A stretch of DNA of 39,063 nucleotides, from the sequence record SRR31156797_6242. One strand, 5' to 3'. Made by a program: the position numbers and the translations under genes. Shown piece after piece: positions 7,480 to 19,759 of the stretch (position 1 is its first letter; every line of letters starts with the position of its first letter). The notes beneath the pieces are model-generated. The model worked only from the letters and a program-made list of their open reading frames with translations. It was not told where the DNA came from and searched no databases.

Positions 7480-10071
7480 ATGGCTAAGACATTGGAAAAA
7501 GAAGTGACAATCGACGTACAAGCAATGATCGACGATTTAGCAACGAAGGCAAATGTGGCGTTAAAAGAAATGGAAAGCTTTGATCAAGAAAAAGTGGACC
7601 ACATTGTTCATGAAATGGCAATGGCAGCATTAGACAAACACATGCCTTTAGCTAAAATGGCAGTAGAAGAAACTGGCCGTGGTATCTATGAAGATAAAGC
7701 AATCAAAAACATGTACGCTTCAGAATATATTTGGAACAGTATCAAACATGACAAAACAGTCGGCGTGATCAATGAAGACAAACAAAAAGGCTTGATCGAA
7801 ATCGCTGAACCAGTTGGTGTCGTTTGTGGGGTAACACCAACAACCAACCCAACATCTACAACGATCTTTAAAGCAATGATCGCTTTGAAAACACGTAACC
7901 CGATCGTTTTTGCTTTCCACCCATCTGCACAAAAATGTTCAGCAGAAGCTGCACGTATCGTTCGTGATGCAGCCATCGCTGCTGGGGCACCTGAAAACTG
8001 TGTGCAATGGATCGAACATCCATCAATCGAAGCGACTGGCTTATTGATGAACCACCCAGGAATTGCGATCGTATTAGCAACTGGTGGCGCTGGCATGGTC
8101 AAAGCAGCATACTCAACTGGTAAACCTGCATTAGGTGTTGGACCAGGGAACGTACCTGCCTATATCGAAAAAACAGCGAAAGTGAAACGAGCAGTCAATG
8201 ACTTGATCGTATCAAAAACCTTTGATAACGGAATGATCTGTGCCTCTGAACAAGCAGTGATCGTTGATAAAGAAGTCTATGCCTCTGTGAAAGCAGAATT
8301 TGAAGCACATCAAGTATATGTTGTAAAAGCAAAAGAATTACAAAAACTTGAAGATGCCGTGATGAACGAAGGAAAATATGCCGTAAATCCAGCAATCGTT
8401 GGACATTCAGCAATGGAAATCGCGAAATTAGCAGGCATCAACGTACCAGAAGGAACAAAATTATTGATCGCTGAACTTGACGGTGTCGGTGCTGATTACC
8501 CACTATCAAGAGAAAAACTTTCTCCAGTTTTAGCAATGATCAAAGCAAACAACACAGAAGACGCGTTCGAAAAATGTGAAGCAATGCTTGATTTAGGCGG
8601 ACTAGGACATACAGCGGTGATCCACACTGAAAACGAAGACTTGCAATTAGCCTTCGGCCTACGCATGAAAGCTTGCCGTATCTTAGTTAACACACCATCT
8701 GCAGAAGGTGGTATCGGAAATATCTACAACGAAATGATTCCATCATTGACACTTGGTTGTGGTTCATACGGGAAAAACTCTGTATCACGAAATGTTTCTG
8801 CTGTGAACTTGATCAACGTGAAAACTGTAGCGAAACGGAGAAATAATATGCAATGGTTTAAATTGCCACCAAAAATCTTCTTTGAAAAGAACTCTCTAAT
8901 GTACTTGGAGAAAATGGAAAACGTTGAACGTGTCATGATCGTTTGTGACCCTGGTATGGTTCAATTCGGCTATTGCGATACGGTTCGTGAAGTACTTGCT
9001 CGTCGTAAAAATGACGTGAAAATCGAAGTCTTCTCTGACGTAGAACCAAACCCATCAACAAACACCGTTTACGCTGGAACAAAAATGATGGTTGATTTCA
9101 AACCAGATACAGTGATCGCCCTTGGTGGTGGATCAGCAATGGATGCTGCCAAAGGCATGTGGATGTTCTATGAGCACCCAGATACTTCATTCTTCGGCGC
9201 GAAACAAAAATTCTTAGATATCCGTAAACGGACCTACAAGATCGACAAACCAGAAAAAACGCAATTCGTTTGTATCCCAACAACGTCTGGTACTGGTTCT
9301 GAAGTAACACCATTTGCGGTTATCACTGACAGTGAAACACACGTGAAGTACCCATTAGCTGATTACGCATTGACACCAGATGTTGCAATCGTTGACCCTC
9401 AATTCGTAATGTCAGTACCTGCTTCTGTTACAGCAGACACTGGAATGGACGTTTTGACTCATGCGATCGAATCTTATGTGTCAGTAATGGCATCTGATTA
9501 CACTCGTGGATTGAGCTTACAAGCAATCAAGTTAGTCTTTGACTACTTAGAAAAATCAGTGAAAACACCTGATATGGAATCTCGCGAAAAAATGCATAAT
9601 GCCTCAACAATGGCAGGTATGGCCTTCGCCAATGCATTCCTAGGTATTTGTCACTCAGTAGCCCACAAAATCGGTGGTGAATATGGTATTCCTCACGGAC
9701 GTACAAATGCGATTCTTTTACCGCACATCATCCGTTACAATGCCAAAGACCCACAAAAACATGCAATGTTCCCTAAATATGACTTCTTCCGTGCCGATAC
9801 AGATTACGCAGACATTGCGAAATTCTTAGGCCTTAAAGGCAAAACAACGGCTGAATTGGTTGAAGCATTGGCAACAGCTGTTTACGAATTAGGACAATCT
9901 GTTGGTATCGACATGAGCTTGAAAGCGCAAGGCGTCACTCAACAAACACTAGATACAACAGTTGATCGCATGGCTGAATTGGCTTACGAAGACCAATGTA
10001 CAACAGCAAATCCAAAAGAACCATTAATCTCTGAATTGAAACAAATCATCGTTGATGCTTATAACGGCTAA
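7480..10071 (+). CDS. adhE: Bifunctional acetaldehyde-CoA/alcohol dehydrogenase
   Basis: 863 aa; ALDH motifs PTTNPTST, ATGG, FDNGMICASEQ; Fe-ADH motifs ALGGGS, PTTSGTGSE, THAIES, CHS..H, HG. Confidence 0.98.
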   Translation: MAKTLEKEVTIDVQAMIDDLATKANVALKEMESFDQEKVDHIVHEMAMAALDKHMPLAKMAVEETGRGIYEDKAIKNMYASEYIWNSIKHDKTVGVINEDKQKGLIEIAEPVGVVCGVTPTTNPTSTTIFKAMIALKTRNPIVFAFHPSAQKCSAEAARIVRDAAIAAGAPENCVQWIEHPSIEATGLLMNHPGIAIVLATGGAGMVKAAYSTGKPALGVGPGNVPAYIEKTAKVKRAVNDLIVSKTFDNGMICASEQAVIVDKEVYASVKAEFEAHQVYVVKAKELQKLEDAVMNEGKYAVNPAIVGHSAMEIAKLAGINVPEGTKLLIAELDGVGADYPLSREKLSPVLAMIKANNTEDAFEKCEAMLDLGGLGHTAVIHTENEDLQLAFGLRMKACRILVNTPSAEGGIGNIYNEMIPSLTLGCGSYGKNSVSRNVSAVNLINVKTVAKRRNNMQWFKLPPKIFFEKNSLMYLEKMENVERVMIVCDPGMVQFGYCDTVREVLARRKNDVKIEVFSDVEPNPSTNTVYAGTKMMVDFKPDTVIALGGGSAMDAAKGMWMFYEHPDTSFFGAKQKFLDIRKRTYKIDKPEKTQFVCIPTTSGTGSEVTPFAVITDSETHVKYPLADYALTPDVAIVDPQFVMSVPASVTADTGMDVLTHAIESYVSVMASDYTRGLSLQAIKLVFDYLEKSVKTPDMESREKMHNASTMAGMAFANAFLGICHSVAHKIGGEYGIPHGRTNAILLPHIIRYNAKDPQKHAMFPKYDFFRADTDYADIAKFLGLKGKTTAELVEALATAVYELGQSVGIDMSLKAQGVTQQTLDTTVDRMAELAYEDQCTTANPKEPLISELKQIIVDAYNG

Positions 10072-10081
10072 ACAATGAATC

Positions 10082-10124
10082 AAGAACACCCTGCGGTATC
10101 TTAGCTGCCGCAGGGTGTTCTTTT
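10082..10124 (+). terminator. adhE intrinsic terminator
   Basis: AAGAACACCCTGCGGTA / TGCCGCAGGGTGTTCTT plus TT. Confidence 0.88.
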
Positions 10125-10226
10125 GTCGTCTCATTTTTTTTGAGAAAGCAAGCTGGCAGTTGCCGCCTTCTTGCCCAGATCAGTTAAGAATGCGAAAAAT
10201 AGCAATTGAACAGGGCGGTGGATCGT

Positions 10227-10252
10227 AAAAAAGGAGTGGATGTCTCCACTCC
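10227..10252 (-). terminator. Intrinsic terminator of the GH51 gene
   Basis: GGAGTGGA-TGTC-TCCACTCC stem preceded by A6 on +, giving U6 on the minus strand. Confidence 0.7.
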
Positions 10253-10318
10253 GTAAAAGTCTCATTTTTTCAGGATGTCACCAAGGCTGCTGCTTTTTTG
10301 CTCAAACAGATAGGCTCG

Positions 10319-11878
<1,560 letters not shown>

Positions 11879-11880
11879 CT

Positions 11881-11926
11881 ACATTCTGTCTTATTCTATT
11901 GACGTTTTGTCCGTTTTCTTTATACT
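11881..11926. promoter_or_regulatory. Divergent promoter with direct repeats 21 bp apart (candidate AraC sites)
   Basis: ACATTCTGTC (11881-11890) and ACGTTTTGTC (11902-11911); plus-strand TTGACG (11899-11904) and TATACT (11921-11926); minus-strand TACAAT at 11855-11850 with a poor -35. Confidence 0.5.
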
Positions 11927-11952
11927 AAAGGCAAGTAGGAAGGAGTGAGAAG

Positions 11953-12720
11953 TTGAACGTAACCTATTCAGGATTTCAAATGCACAATGCTGTTTCCGAT
12001 CATATTTATCGCCCCTCTGGCTTAAAGCATTATCTTTTCGTGTTGACGTTGTCTCCAATGGTTTTCACTTTTGAAGATGGTCATCAAGAAACCAGTGAAA
12101 AAGGTAGCTGCATTCTTTTTCCTCCAACCGTCTATCAAGATTATCGTGGCAAAGAAGATTTTTTTAATAGCTTTGTTGAGTTTCAAACGGATCAGGTGAT
12201 CGAAGAAACCTATGCGATCCCTTGCAACCAACTGTTCCAGCCGAAAAACATTCAACAAATCAACAAATTGATCCAAAAGATCAATCATGAATCCTTGTTG
12301 CCACAACGGCACACGCAAGAATTGATTGCGGCGTATATGACAAATCTATTGGTCTTACTTGAACGCAATTTTGAAGAAAGCATTCCGCAACCACAAAACG
12401 AACACTATCAACTGTTTCAAGCGATGCGGTTGAAAATGTTAGTCAATTGCGAACAGCAATGGGATTTTTACCAGTTTAGCCGAGAGCTTTCCATCGGTAA
12501 AAGCCAATTCTACAAGCTCTATCAACAGTTTTTTCATACTACGCCCAAAGAAGATTTATTGCAAGCTCGGTTTCAAAAGTTTTTTTATCTACGCAGCAAC
12601 GAAACACTAACGATTCGAGAGGCGGCGTTTCAATCTGGGTTCCAAAACATCAACCATTTTAATCGGCTCTTTGCGAAGCGCTATGGCTGTGCACCCACAA
12701 AGTACCAACAGGAGCAATAG
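11953..12720 (+). CDS. AraC/XylS family transcriptional regulator
   Basis: N-terminal cupin-like region; C-terminal double HTH with TIREAAFQSGFQNINHFNRLFAKRYGCAP. Confidence 0.9.
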   Translation: MNVTYSGFQMHNAVSDHIYRPSGLKHYLFVLTLSPMVFTFEDGHQETSEKGSCILFPPTVYQDYRGKEDFFNSFVEFQTDQVIEETYAIPCNQLFQPKNIQQINKLIQKINHESLLPQRHTQELIAAYMTNLLVLLERNFEESIPQPQNEHYQLFQAMRLKMLVNCEQQWDFYQFSRELSIGKSQFYKLYQQFFHTTPKEDLLQARFQKFFYLRSNETLTIREAAFQSGFQNINHFNRLFAKRYGCAPTKYQQEQ

Positions 12721-12811
12721 TCAGGGGTGATTGGTAAAAACGCAGAAAAAAGTCCGACGAATTCTTGACGGATGAAAGAGAAAACGGGACAATGTCATTA
12801 GGAGGTGGCAT

Positions 12812-13297
12812 ATGGATATAGAAATGATCGTAAGCGAACTTTCTAAACGTTCAAGTGAATTGGAAGCGCTACAAAGAAAATTGAGTCAAAGCCAATTAAT
12901 GAATAATGAAGCGGCACAAACGTTCATTTTTGACTTAAAGGATTATTTAGATAGCTTAAAGCTCATAACAGATTTAGTACCGTCAGCGGCAACTACAACA
13001 GTGGAAGTTGACCAGTTGTCGTACGTCTTAGGTGAACAAAATCAAAGCATCCAGCAGCTGCTGGTTATTTTGGAAGAAGCCGAAGCAAATGACGACCAGC
13101 GCTTTTTCGGCAAAAGTGCGGGAGAAGTGCGGCGGATGATTGGCAGTCTGTCTGGGATCCTGGAACTAAACGGTCTGTTGCTGCAAGACAATCGTGGCTT
13201 TCAGCAAGTCGTGAAGGAAACTGAACCGCTTCAGGTGACTGAAACAAAGGAAGTCTCTGAGAAAAAAGGATTTCTCCAAAAGCTTTTCGGGAAATAA
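12812..13297 (+). CDS. Hypothetical helical protein with a C-terminal amphipathic helix
   Basis: RBS AGGAGG; heptad-rich sequence; ends KKGFLQKLFGK. Confidence 0.8.
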   Translation: MDIEMIVSELSKRSSELEALQRKLSQSQLMNNEAAQTFIFDLKDYLDSLKLITDLVPSAATTTVEVDQLSYVLGEQNQSIQQLLVILEEAEANDDQRFFGKSAGEVRRMIGSLSGILELNGLLLQDNRGFQQVVKETEPLQVTETKEVSEKKGFLQKLFGK

Positions 13298-13337
13298 GCA
13301 CTGATCGTCAATCAAAACATGAATCACTTGTACCAAA

Positions 13338-13372
13338 AAAACGGCGCTTCACAATGTGTGAAGAACCGTTTT
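13338..13372. terminator. Probable bidirectional terminator between convergent genes
   Basis: AAAACGG-CG-CTTCACA-ATG-TGTGAAG-AA-CCGTTTT. Confidence 0.6.
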
Positions 13373-13537
13373 GTGGTGCAAGTATTTTTTTGCTCTTTGC
13401 CAATAGAAACGGAGAGATCAGAAGGTACCGACGCTGAAACGTTAGAAATCGAACTTCTGGGGGGGCATTCTTCAATCCCGTAAATCAGAAAGGTGTTTTC
13501 GGTAGCTTTTCTACTAGCATTTGCCAATAATTTTTTG

Positions 13538-15373
13538 CTAGTAGTTAAGCTGAATAGTTTTTCTCTGATCCCCTTTGCTCATTGTTATTTTGTCCGCTGT
13601 GATAGTGACATCAAAGGGTGGGATCTGATCAGAAAAGGCATTGCCTAAACACGCAACGAGCCATTCCTGTTGTCCGGCGAGAACGGTTTTGCTTACTTGA
13701 GGGATGACTGTTCGACTATAAAGTAGATTCGTGTTGGGTTCTGGCATCAAGAGGGTACCCTCTTGATGCGTCGCGAAGGTTTTGATACCAACACAGCCAA
13801 CCGAGCTTTGATAAAAGGTGCCTTCTTTGCTAGAAAACGCAGTACCATCAGCCGGTGCTGCAAAGCTGCCATTGACCAGTTGCAACCTTCGATCCGTTTG
13901 AATCCGATGGTAACGCAGATGCCAAGGATACATCGGAATCACAAAGGTTTCGATGATGACCTGTTCGTAGGGACGCCAGCGACTATAGACGTAGTCATCT
14001 TCAATCGCAAAGGCTTCATAACCAAAAGCCGTTTTAAAATCCGTCTGCCCTTCTGAGATCGCCAATGTATTATCATAAGCACCTTGTTTCAATAAAACGG
14101 TTGCTTTCGGTACGCTAAACCCAAACGTTGTCGAATAGACAAACTTTTCGTATTTGGCATTGCCGTGAGCATGTTCGTGGGAATGCTGCCCCGCCGTGAA
14201 AGCTTGCAATTCTGTGCCTTCTTGGTTATGCACCAAGAGCATCCGACCATGAAGATTGCGCACCTGTGTGGCAAAGGTTGGCACCTGCTCCTCAAGCGTC
14301 CAAAATTCAGCATCCGCTGGGATTGCCAATACACAGAAATTTTTGAAAGCCCAATAAGGCGATCCTGGTGCGTTATAGCCTTCAGCCATATTTAGGTTGG
14401 GGTAGGCATAGCCAATACTTAAAAAGCCTTCTTGCGTAAAGATTGGTTGGCGAAACCAGTAACGCATGTTTTGTAACAGTAAATATTTTCCTTCATTTTT
14501 TGTGAAGCCTTCATATTCTATATCGGCGAAAGCACCGACGGCAAAGAAACTTGATTGCGCAAACCGATACGTTAGACTACGGCCAAAAGGCAATGCCGCA
14601 CCGGTTTTTGTGAACCACTGCTTAAAGGATTGAGCAAACGTAGCGGCTCTTTGACGGTAGTTAAACTGATAAGGGCATTGGGAACGACAGGTAAGAACAC
14701 TGTAAAGGAGTCCGTAGTATTGCATCCCAAAAGGAATATAATAGTCGATTTGATTTTCATAGCCATCAAAATACCAGCCGTCTGCTAAGTAATACCTCTC
14801 GATCTCTTCTTGATCAGCCAAAAGGGTGGTTTCTACAAAAGGCAATGCTGCCATTTCAAAGAAGGTATTGACTAAAATCCGAAAGAAGAGCCAATTGGTT
14901 TTAGGGATCGTGTGCTGATTGATCTGGTTGAGCCAATCAAAGAGATTCGTTTGCTCTCTTGGTGTGAGGCGATCCCAAAAGATCGGTTTGGTAAAAATCA
15001 AATAGCTAGCAAGGGCACCCATTTCCACAAACAATTGGTCATAGTCATGCAATTTTCCTCAGTACTCCTGAGAGGTCGGGGTGGTGCCTGCAACGATCCC
15101 GGCATTGGCTTGTTGAAAAAGTTTTGGGAAACGAAGACACGCTTCTTCTTGGCTGAACAATGGGCCCAATCCCCAGAGTGTCCGTAAAAAGCCTTCGATG
15201 TCACTCTTTTCCTGAGTGTACACCGCTCCTGAATTTCCTAGGTGGACCCTCCCGGGAGTTCCTTGTTGTGCCATACATTCGTATATGGGAGTGACCAGAT
15301 CAACAAGGGCCTCTTCTAGATCGGTTTTGGTTCGAAGAGGGTTCTTACTTAATGCTTCTTGGAAGTTTCTCAT
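13538..15373 (-). pseudogene. DUF2264 family (possibly GH154-like) glycoside hydrolase interrupted by an in-frame TGA
   Basis: ORFs 15059-15373 and 13538-15052 are in frame: CAG GAG TAC TGA GGA AAA TTG CAT GAC = Q E Y * G K L H D; the paralog at 19722 reads P D Y W G V V E D. Shared motifs GRSLTYRFAQ, EGYNAPGSPYWA. Confidence 0.88.
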
Positions 15374-15394
15374 GCAAACAGCTCCTTTTAGTTG

Positions 15395-15514
15395 TTATTT
15401 TACTTTATTTAGTAAAATAAAGAAATGGAAACTGTTATATTTCTCGATTTTAAGTAAAAAAATAGTAAAAAATCGCTGGAAACAGTTACATTTTTTTGTC
15501 GACATCGCTATAAT
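15395..15514. promoter_or_regulatory. Divergent control region with LacI-type half-sites and a -10 box
   Basis: TTATTTTACT (15395-15404) / AGTAAAATAA (15411-15420) inverted repeat, further AGTAAAA at 15453 and 15464, TATAAT at 15509-15514. Confidence 0.55.
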
Positions 15515-15542
15515 GGAGAAAATACGAGAGGAGCTACATGCA

Positions 15543-16391
15543 ATGACCCAGATTTCCTTAACGATTTATGACCAAAAGCATCAAGTAAAACAAGGCAAAC
15601 GAGCACCTGAAAGTGAATCTACCCTTCTGCAAGCGACGGCGGAAGACTTTGTCACGTTGGCATCCCAAGAGTGTTGTTACGAGGACGGAGATAAAATCGT
15701 TGTTTCGCTCTCACGCAGCGGACAATTTGTGTGGGTCACACTCGATGAAACGCTGGCGACTACTTTGGTGTACATCAAAGGCAACGAGTGGATCTACCCC
15801 GTAAATCTTAGTAAAAATGCCAAAGAAGCTGCGCCAGAAGGCCGTTTTGCTGGGAAAAGTCACTATTTGAGTGTGCGGGTAGCAACAAAAGAAGAACTAG
15901 CGGCTTACCGCAACGTCGCCTTAAACCCTCATGATCAAAAAGAATTCTTGGGTGCCTATCCGCATGCCCATGCCAATGTTGAAACAAGAGATGATGCGAC
16001 GTTTTTCGCTTGTAACGCTATTGATGGCATTTTTGCCAATACGTCTCATGGCAATTATCCCTATGGCTCATGGGGGATCAATCAACAAGCAGATGCCGCT
16101 TTGGCGATCGACTTTGGCCATGAGGTCAGCATCGACCAATGTGCGCTTACGTTACGGGCGGATTTTCCCCATGATAGCTATTGGCAACAAGTCACGTTGG
16201 CGTTTTCCGACGGGAGTCAAGAAATCTTGCAGACGGTCAAAAGCAGCCAGCCTCAACGGTTTACTTTCCAGCCGCGAACGGTCACTTGGGTAAAATTGCA
16301 TGAGCTGATCCAAAATGACGATCCCTCACCATTTCCAGCGTTGACCCAAATCGAAGTCTTCGGACGCTCTATTCAGGAGGAAAACGCGTGA
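15543..16391 (+). CDS. Putative carbohydrate-binding protein (C-terminal galactose-binding/F5-8-like domain)
   Basis: RBS GAGGAG before ATG 15543; NVALN...NAIDG...SW...IDFG...TQIEVFG pattern typical of discoidin/CBM32-like folds; no signal peptide. Confidence 0.65.
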   Translation: MTQISLTIYDQKHQVKQGKRAPESESTLLQATAEDFVTLASQECCYEDGDKIVVSLSRSGQFVWVTLDETLATTLVYIKGNEWIYPVNLSKNAKEAAPEGRFAGKSHYLSVRVATKEELAAYRNVALNPHDQKEFLGAYPHAHANVETRDDATFFACNAIDGIFANTSHGNYPYGSWGINQQADAALAIDFGHEVSIDQCALTLRADFPHDSYWQQVTLAFSDGSQEILQTVKSSQPQRFTFQPRTVTWVKLHELIQNDDPSPFPALTQIEVFGRSIQEENA

Positions 16392-18055
16392 ATCCAGCAG
16401 AGGTAAAAGAAGAAATTTTACAGGCGGCACAGGCTTATCTTGACACTGGTGAGATTCCCTATTTGCCTTATCAAGGCTATCAAGAGTATCTCGAATCGGG
16501 GAATCGTGTTGTCTTCGAATCCCATTATTTTGCCCGCCGACGGATGTTGGTGGTTTTAGGACTTGCTTATGAAATGGAGCGTAAGGCAGCGATCAAAGTG
16601 CTGCTGGAGCAAGTGATTTGGGAAATCTGCAATGAATATACATGGTGTCTGCCAGCGCATCTGCCGATTGTCGATGGCCAGTTTTCTTCGCAAGCGCGCC
16701 ACACAGTCGATCTTTTTGCAGCTGAAACTGGGCAATCCTTAGCAGAGTTGTTGATGCTGATTGGGGGAGACCTTTCACCAGTCATCACAGAACGAGTGTT
16801 GTATGAGATCGATCAACGGCTTTTTTTACCCTTCGAGGATCAAACCTGGGAGTGGGAGACAAAAAAGAACAATTGGTCCGCAGTCATTGGTGGCTGTCTT
16901 GGAATGACGGCGCTCTATGTATTGCCGAAAAAAAGCGAGCGACAATTGCGGATGATCAAACGATTGGATACTGCAATGCAAAGCTATCTCAACAGCTTTG
17001 GCGAAGATGGGGCTTGTGTGGAAGGTGTCGGATACTGGGCGTATGGGTTTGGTTATTTTCTGTATTATGCGCAATTGTTGGCAGAAGTATTGCAAGAAGA
17101 TACCTACCTAAAACAGCCTAAAACCAGAAAAATCGCCGCTTTTCCTTATTACACGATGATTTATCCAGGGCATTACGTTCCTTTTTCTGATTATTCGGCG
17201 ATCGAACTGCCTAGCGGCTTGGTCAGTTATTGCTACGAGCATTTAGGCATGGCGGTTCCCCAATTATCGGGGGTCAGTCCGTTAGATTTTGATCCTTGCT
17301 ACCGGTTTGCCCACAGCTATCGAAATTTGTATTGGCATAACGAAGCGATCGCACGAGAAACGAATACCTCGTTTCATCACTATTTTGAACAAGCGCAGTG
17401 GTTCATGGCAAAAGATGTGCAGCAGGATCTCTTTTTTGCTGCCAAAGGGGGGAGCAATCAAGAAAGCCACAATCATCTCGATGTCGGTCATTTTGTCTTA
17501 GGAACGACGGAGGAGTTGTTTCTGACGGACCTTGGTGCAGGGGAATACACGAAAGAGTATTTTGATGACAACACGCGCTATCACTACTTTCCCGCAGCCG
17601 CAATCAGTCATTCGCTGCCGATCATCAATCAGCATACCCAACGCGCAACAGCCGAGGAAGCAACGGTGCTGCAGGTCAATGACCAGCAATTTGACTTAGA
17701 CCTCAGTGCGTTCTATCCGAAAGCAGCGGTCACTGAATGCCAGCGGCGCTTCATTGTCTCGCAACAACAAGTAACGATCGAAGACCATTTTGTCTTTGAC
17801 GAGCACCAACCAAAGAATCTAGTGGTGGAAAACTTCATCACGAACATACCACCAATGGTGCAAAATAAGACCGTTCAACTAATGACAAAAAAAGCACGCT
17901 GTGTTCTTCGTTTTACCAGTGATAAGATCCAAATACAGCCAGTCACTTATCAAGACCACCATGGTGTACAGGCACAAGTGTATTTGATCCAAGCCGAATA
18001 CGCGCTTGAGCAGACAGGGGAAATCAAAACGACCATTAAAATAAAAAAAGGGTGA
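16388..18055 (+). CDS. Heparinase II/III-like polysaccharide lyase
   Basis: NNWSAV, DGACVEGVGYW, SHNHLDVGHF, DLGAGEY, SHSLPIIN; GTG start overlapping the upstream stop (GTGA). Confidence 0.85.
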   Translation: MNPAEVKEEILQAAQAYLDTGEIPYLPYQGYQEYLESGNRVVFESHYFARRRMLVVLGLAYEMERKAAIKVLLEQVIWEICNEYTWCLPAHLPIVDGQFSSQARHTVDLFAAETGQSLAELLMLIGGDLSPVITERVLYEIDQRLFLPFEDQTWEWETKKNNWSAVIGGCLGMTALYVLPKKSERQLRMIKRLDTAMQSYLNSFGEDGACVEGVGYWAYGFGYFLYYAQLLAEVLQEDTYLKQPKTRKIAAFPYYTMIYPGHYVPFSDYSAIELPSGLVSYCYEHLGMAVPQLSGVSPLDFDPCYRFAHSYRNLYWHNEAIARETNTSFHHYFEQAQWFMAKDVQQDLFFAAKGGSNQESHNHLDVGHFVLGTTEELFLTDLGAGEYTKEYFDDNTRYHYFPAAAISHSLPIINQHTQRATAEEATVLQVNDQQFDLDLSAFYPKAAVTECQRRFIVSQQQVTIEDHFVFDEHQPKNLVVENFITNIPPMVQNKTVQLMTKKARCVLRFTSDKIQIQPVTYQDHHGVQAQVYLIQAEYALEQTGEIKTTIKIKKG

Positions 18056-18114
18056 GAAGGATGCGGTGCTTCCTTGCAATGACGTTGATCAATGCAAGAA
18101 GACACCGCAGCTTC

Positions 18115-18117
<3 letters not shown>
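18053..18117. terminator. Long imperfect hairpin between convergent genes
   Basis: TGAGAAG..TGCGGTG..CTTGCA / TGCAAG..CACCGCA..CTTCTCA; includes both stop codons; no U-tract. Confidence 0.55.
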
Positions 18118-19318
<1,201 letters not shown>

Positions 19319-19336
19319 AAAATGAGGGTGGCATGA

Positions 19337-19759
19337 ATGAAGTGGATTAATTCGTTATTTATCCTGGGTCTACTTATGGGGTTGACTGCTTGTTCTCCAA
19401 ATGAAGCAACGCAGACGCAAGCATTTTCCCAAAGCAGCGAAAAGCAATTAAAAGAACGAGCGCTTTGTTATTCTGACGAAGATTTTTCGCAAGGTGTCGT
19501 CCAGTTGCATGAATTCGTGAAGCTATCTGGCACCATCGTGAAGAGTGATGCGAAAACAGCAGACATTGAGAAAGGGGATCGATTTATTTTAGAAACAGCG
19601 GCTGGACAGTACCAAGTATTCAATGAACAAAGTCAGCAATTGAAACTACAAGAAGTGGTGACGATCTACGGAGAATATTATGGTTTTATTAAAGCGACAT
19701 TGATTGAAAGGAAGGATGCGGATGCAATCACAGAAGCTGCAGCAATTGAAAAAGAATAA
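19337..19759 (+). CDS. Small lipoprotein of unknown function (possible OB-fold)
   Basis: Signal peptide with lipobox LTAC; VKLSGTIV and VVTIYGEY beta-strand pattern. Confidence 0.75.
   Translation: MKWINSLFILGLLMGLTACSPNEATQTQAFSQSSEKQLKERALCYSDEDFSQGVVQLHEFVKLSGTIVKSDAKTADIEKGDRFILETAAGQYQVFNEQSQQLKLQEVVTIYGEYYGFIKATLIERKDADAITEAAAIEKE

Noticed and set aside
10128-10270. 12-bp direct repeat GTCTCATTTTTT (10128, 10259)
   Set aside because: Half poly-T, with no element features between the copies apart from the GH51 terminator; likely chance.
13324-13527. 67-aa minus-strand ORF after the DUF2264 gene
   Set aside because: No RBS, runs through the terminator, no recognisable motif.
15059-15061. 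TGA as selenocysteine, suggested by the nearby GrdB-like gene
   Set aside because: The aligned residue is Trp, not Cys; no convincing SECIS hairpin follows; the GrdB-like gene has no in-frame TGA.
15216-15542. N-terminal 109 codons of the 391-aa ORF
   Set aside because: Overlaps the opposite-strand DUF2264 gene and the promoter region; a good RBS and -10 support ATG 15543.
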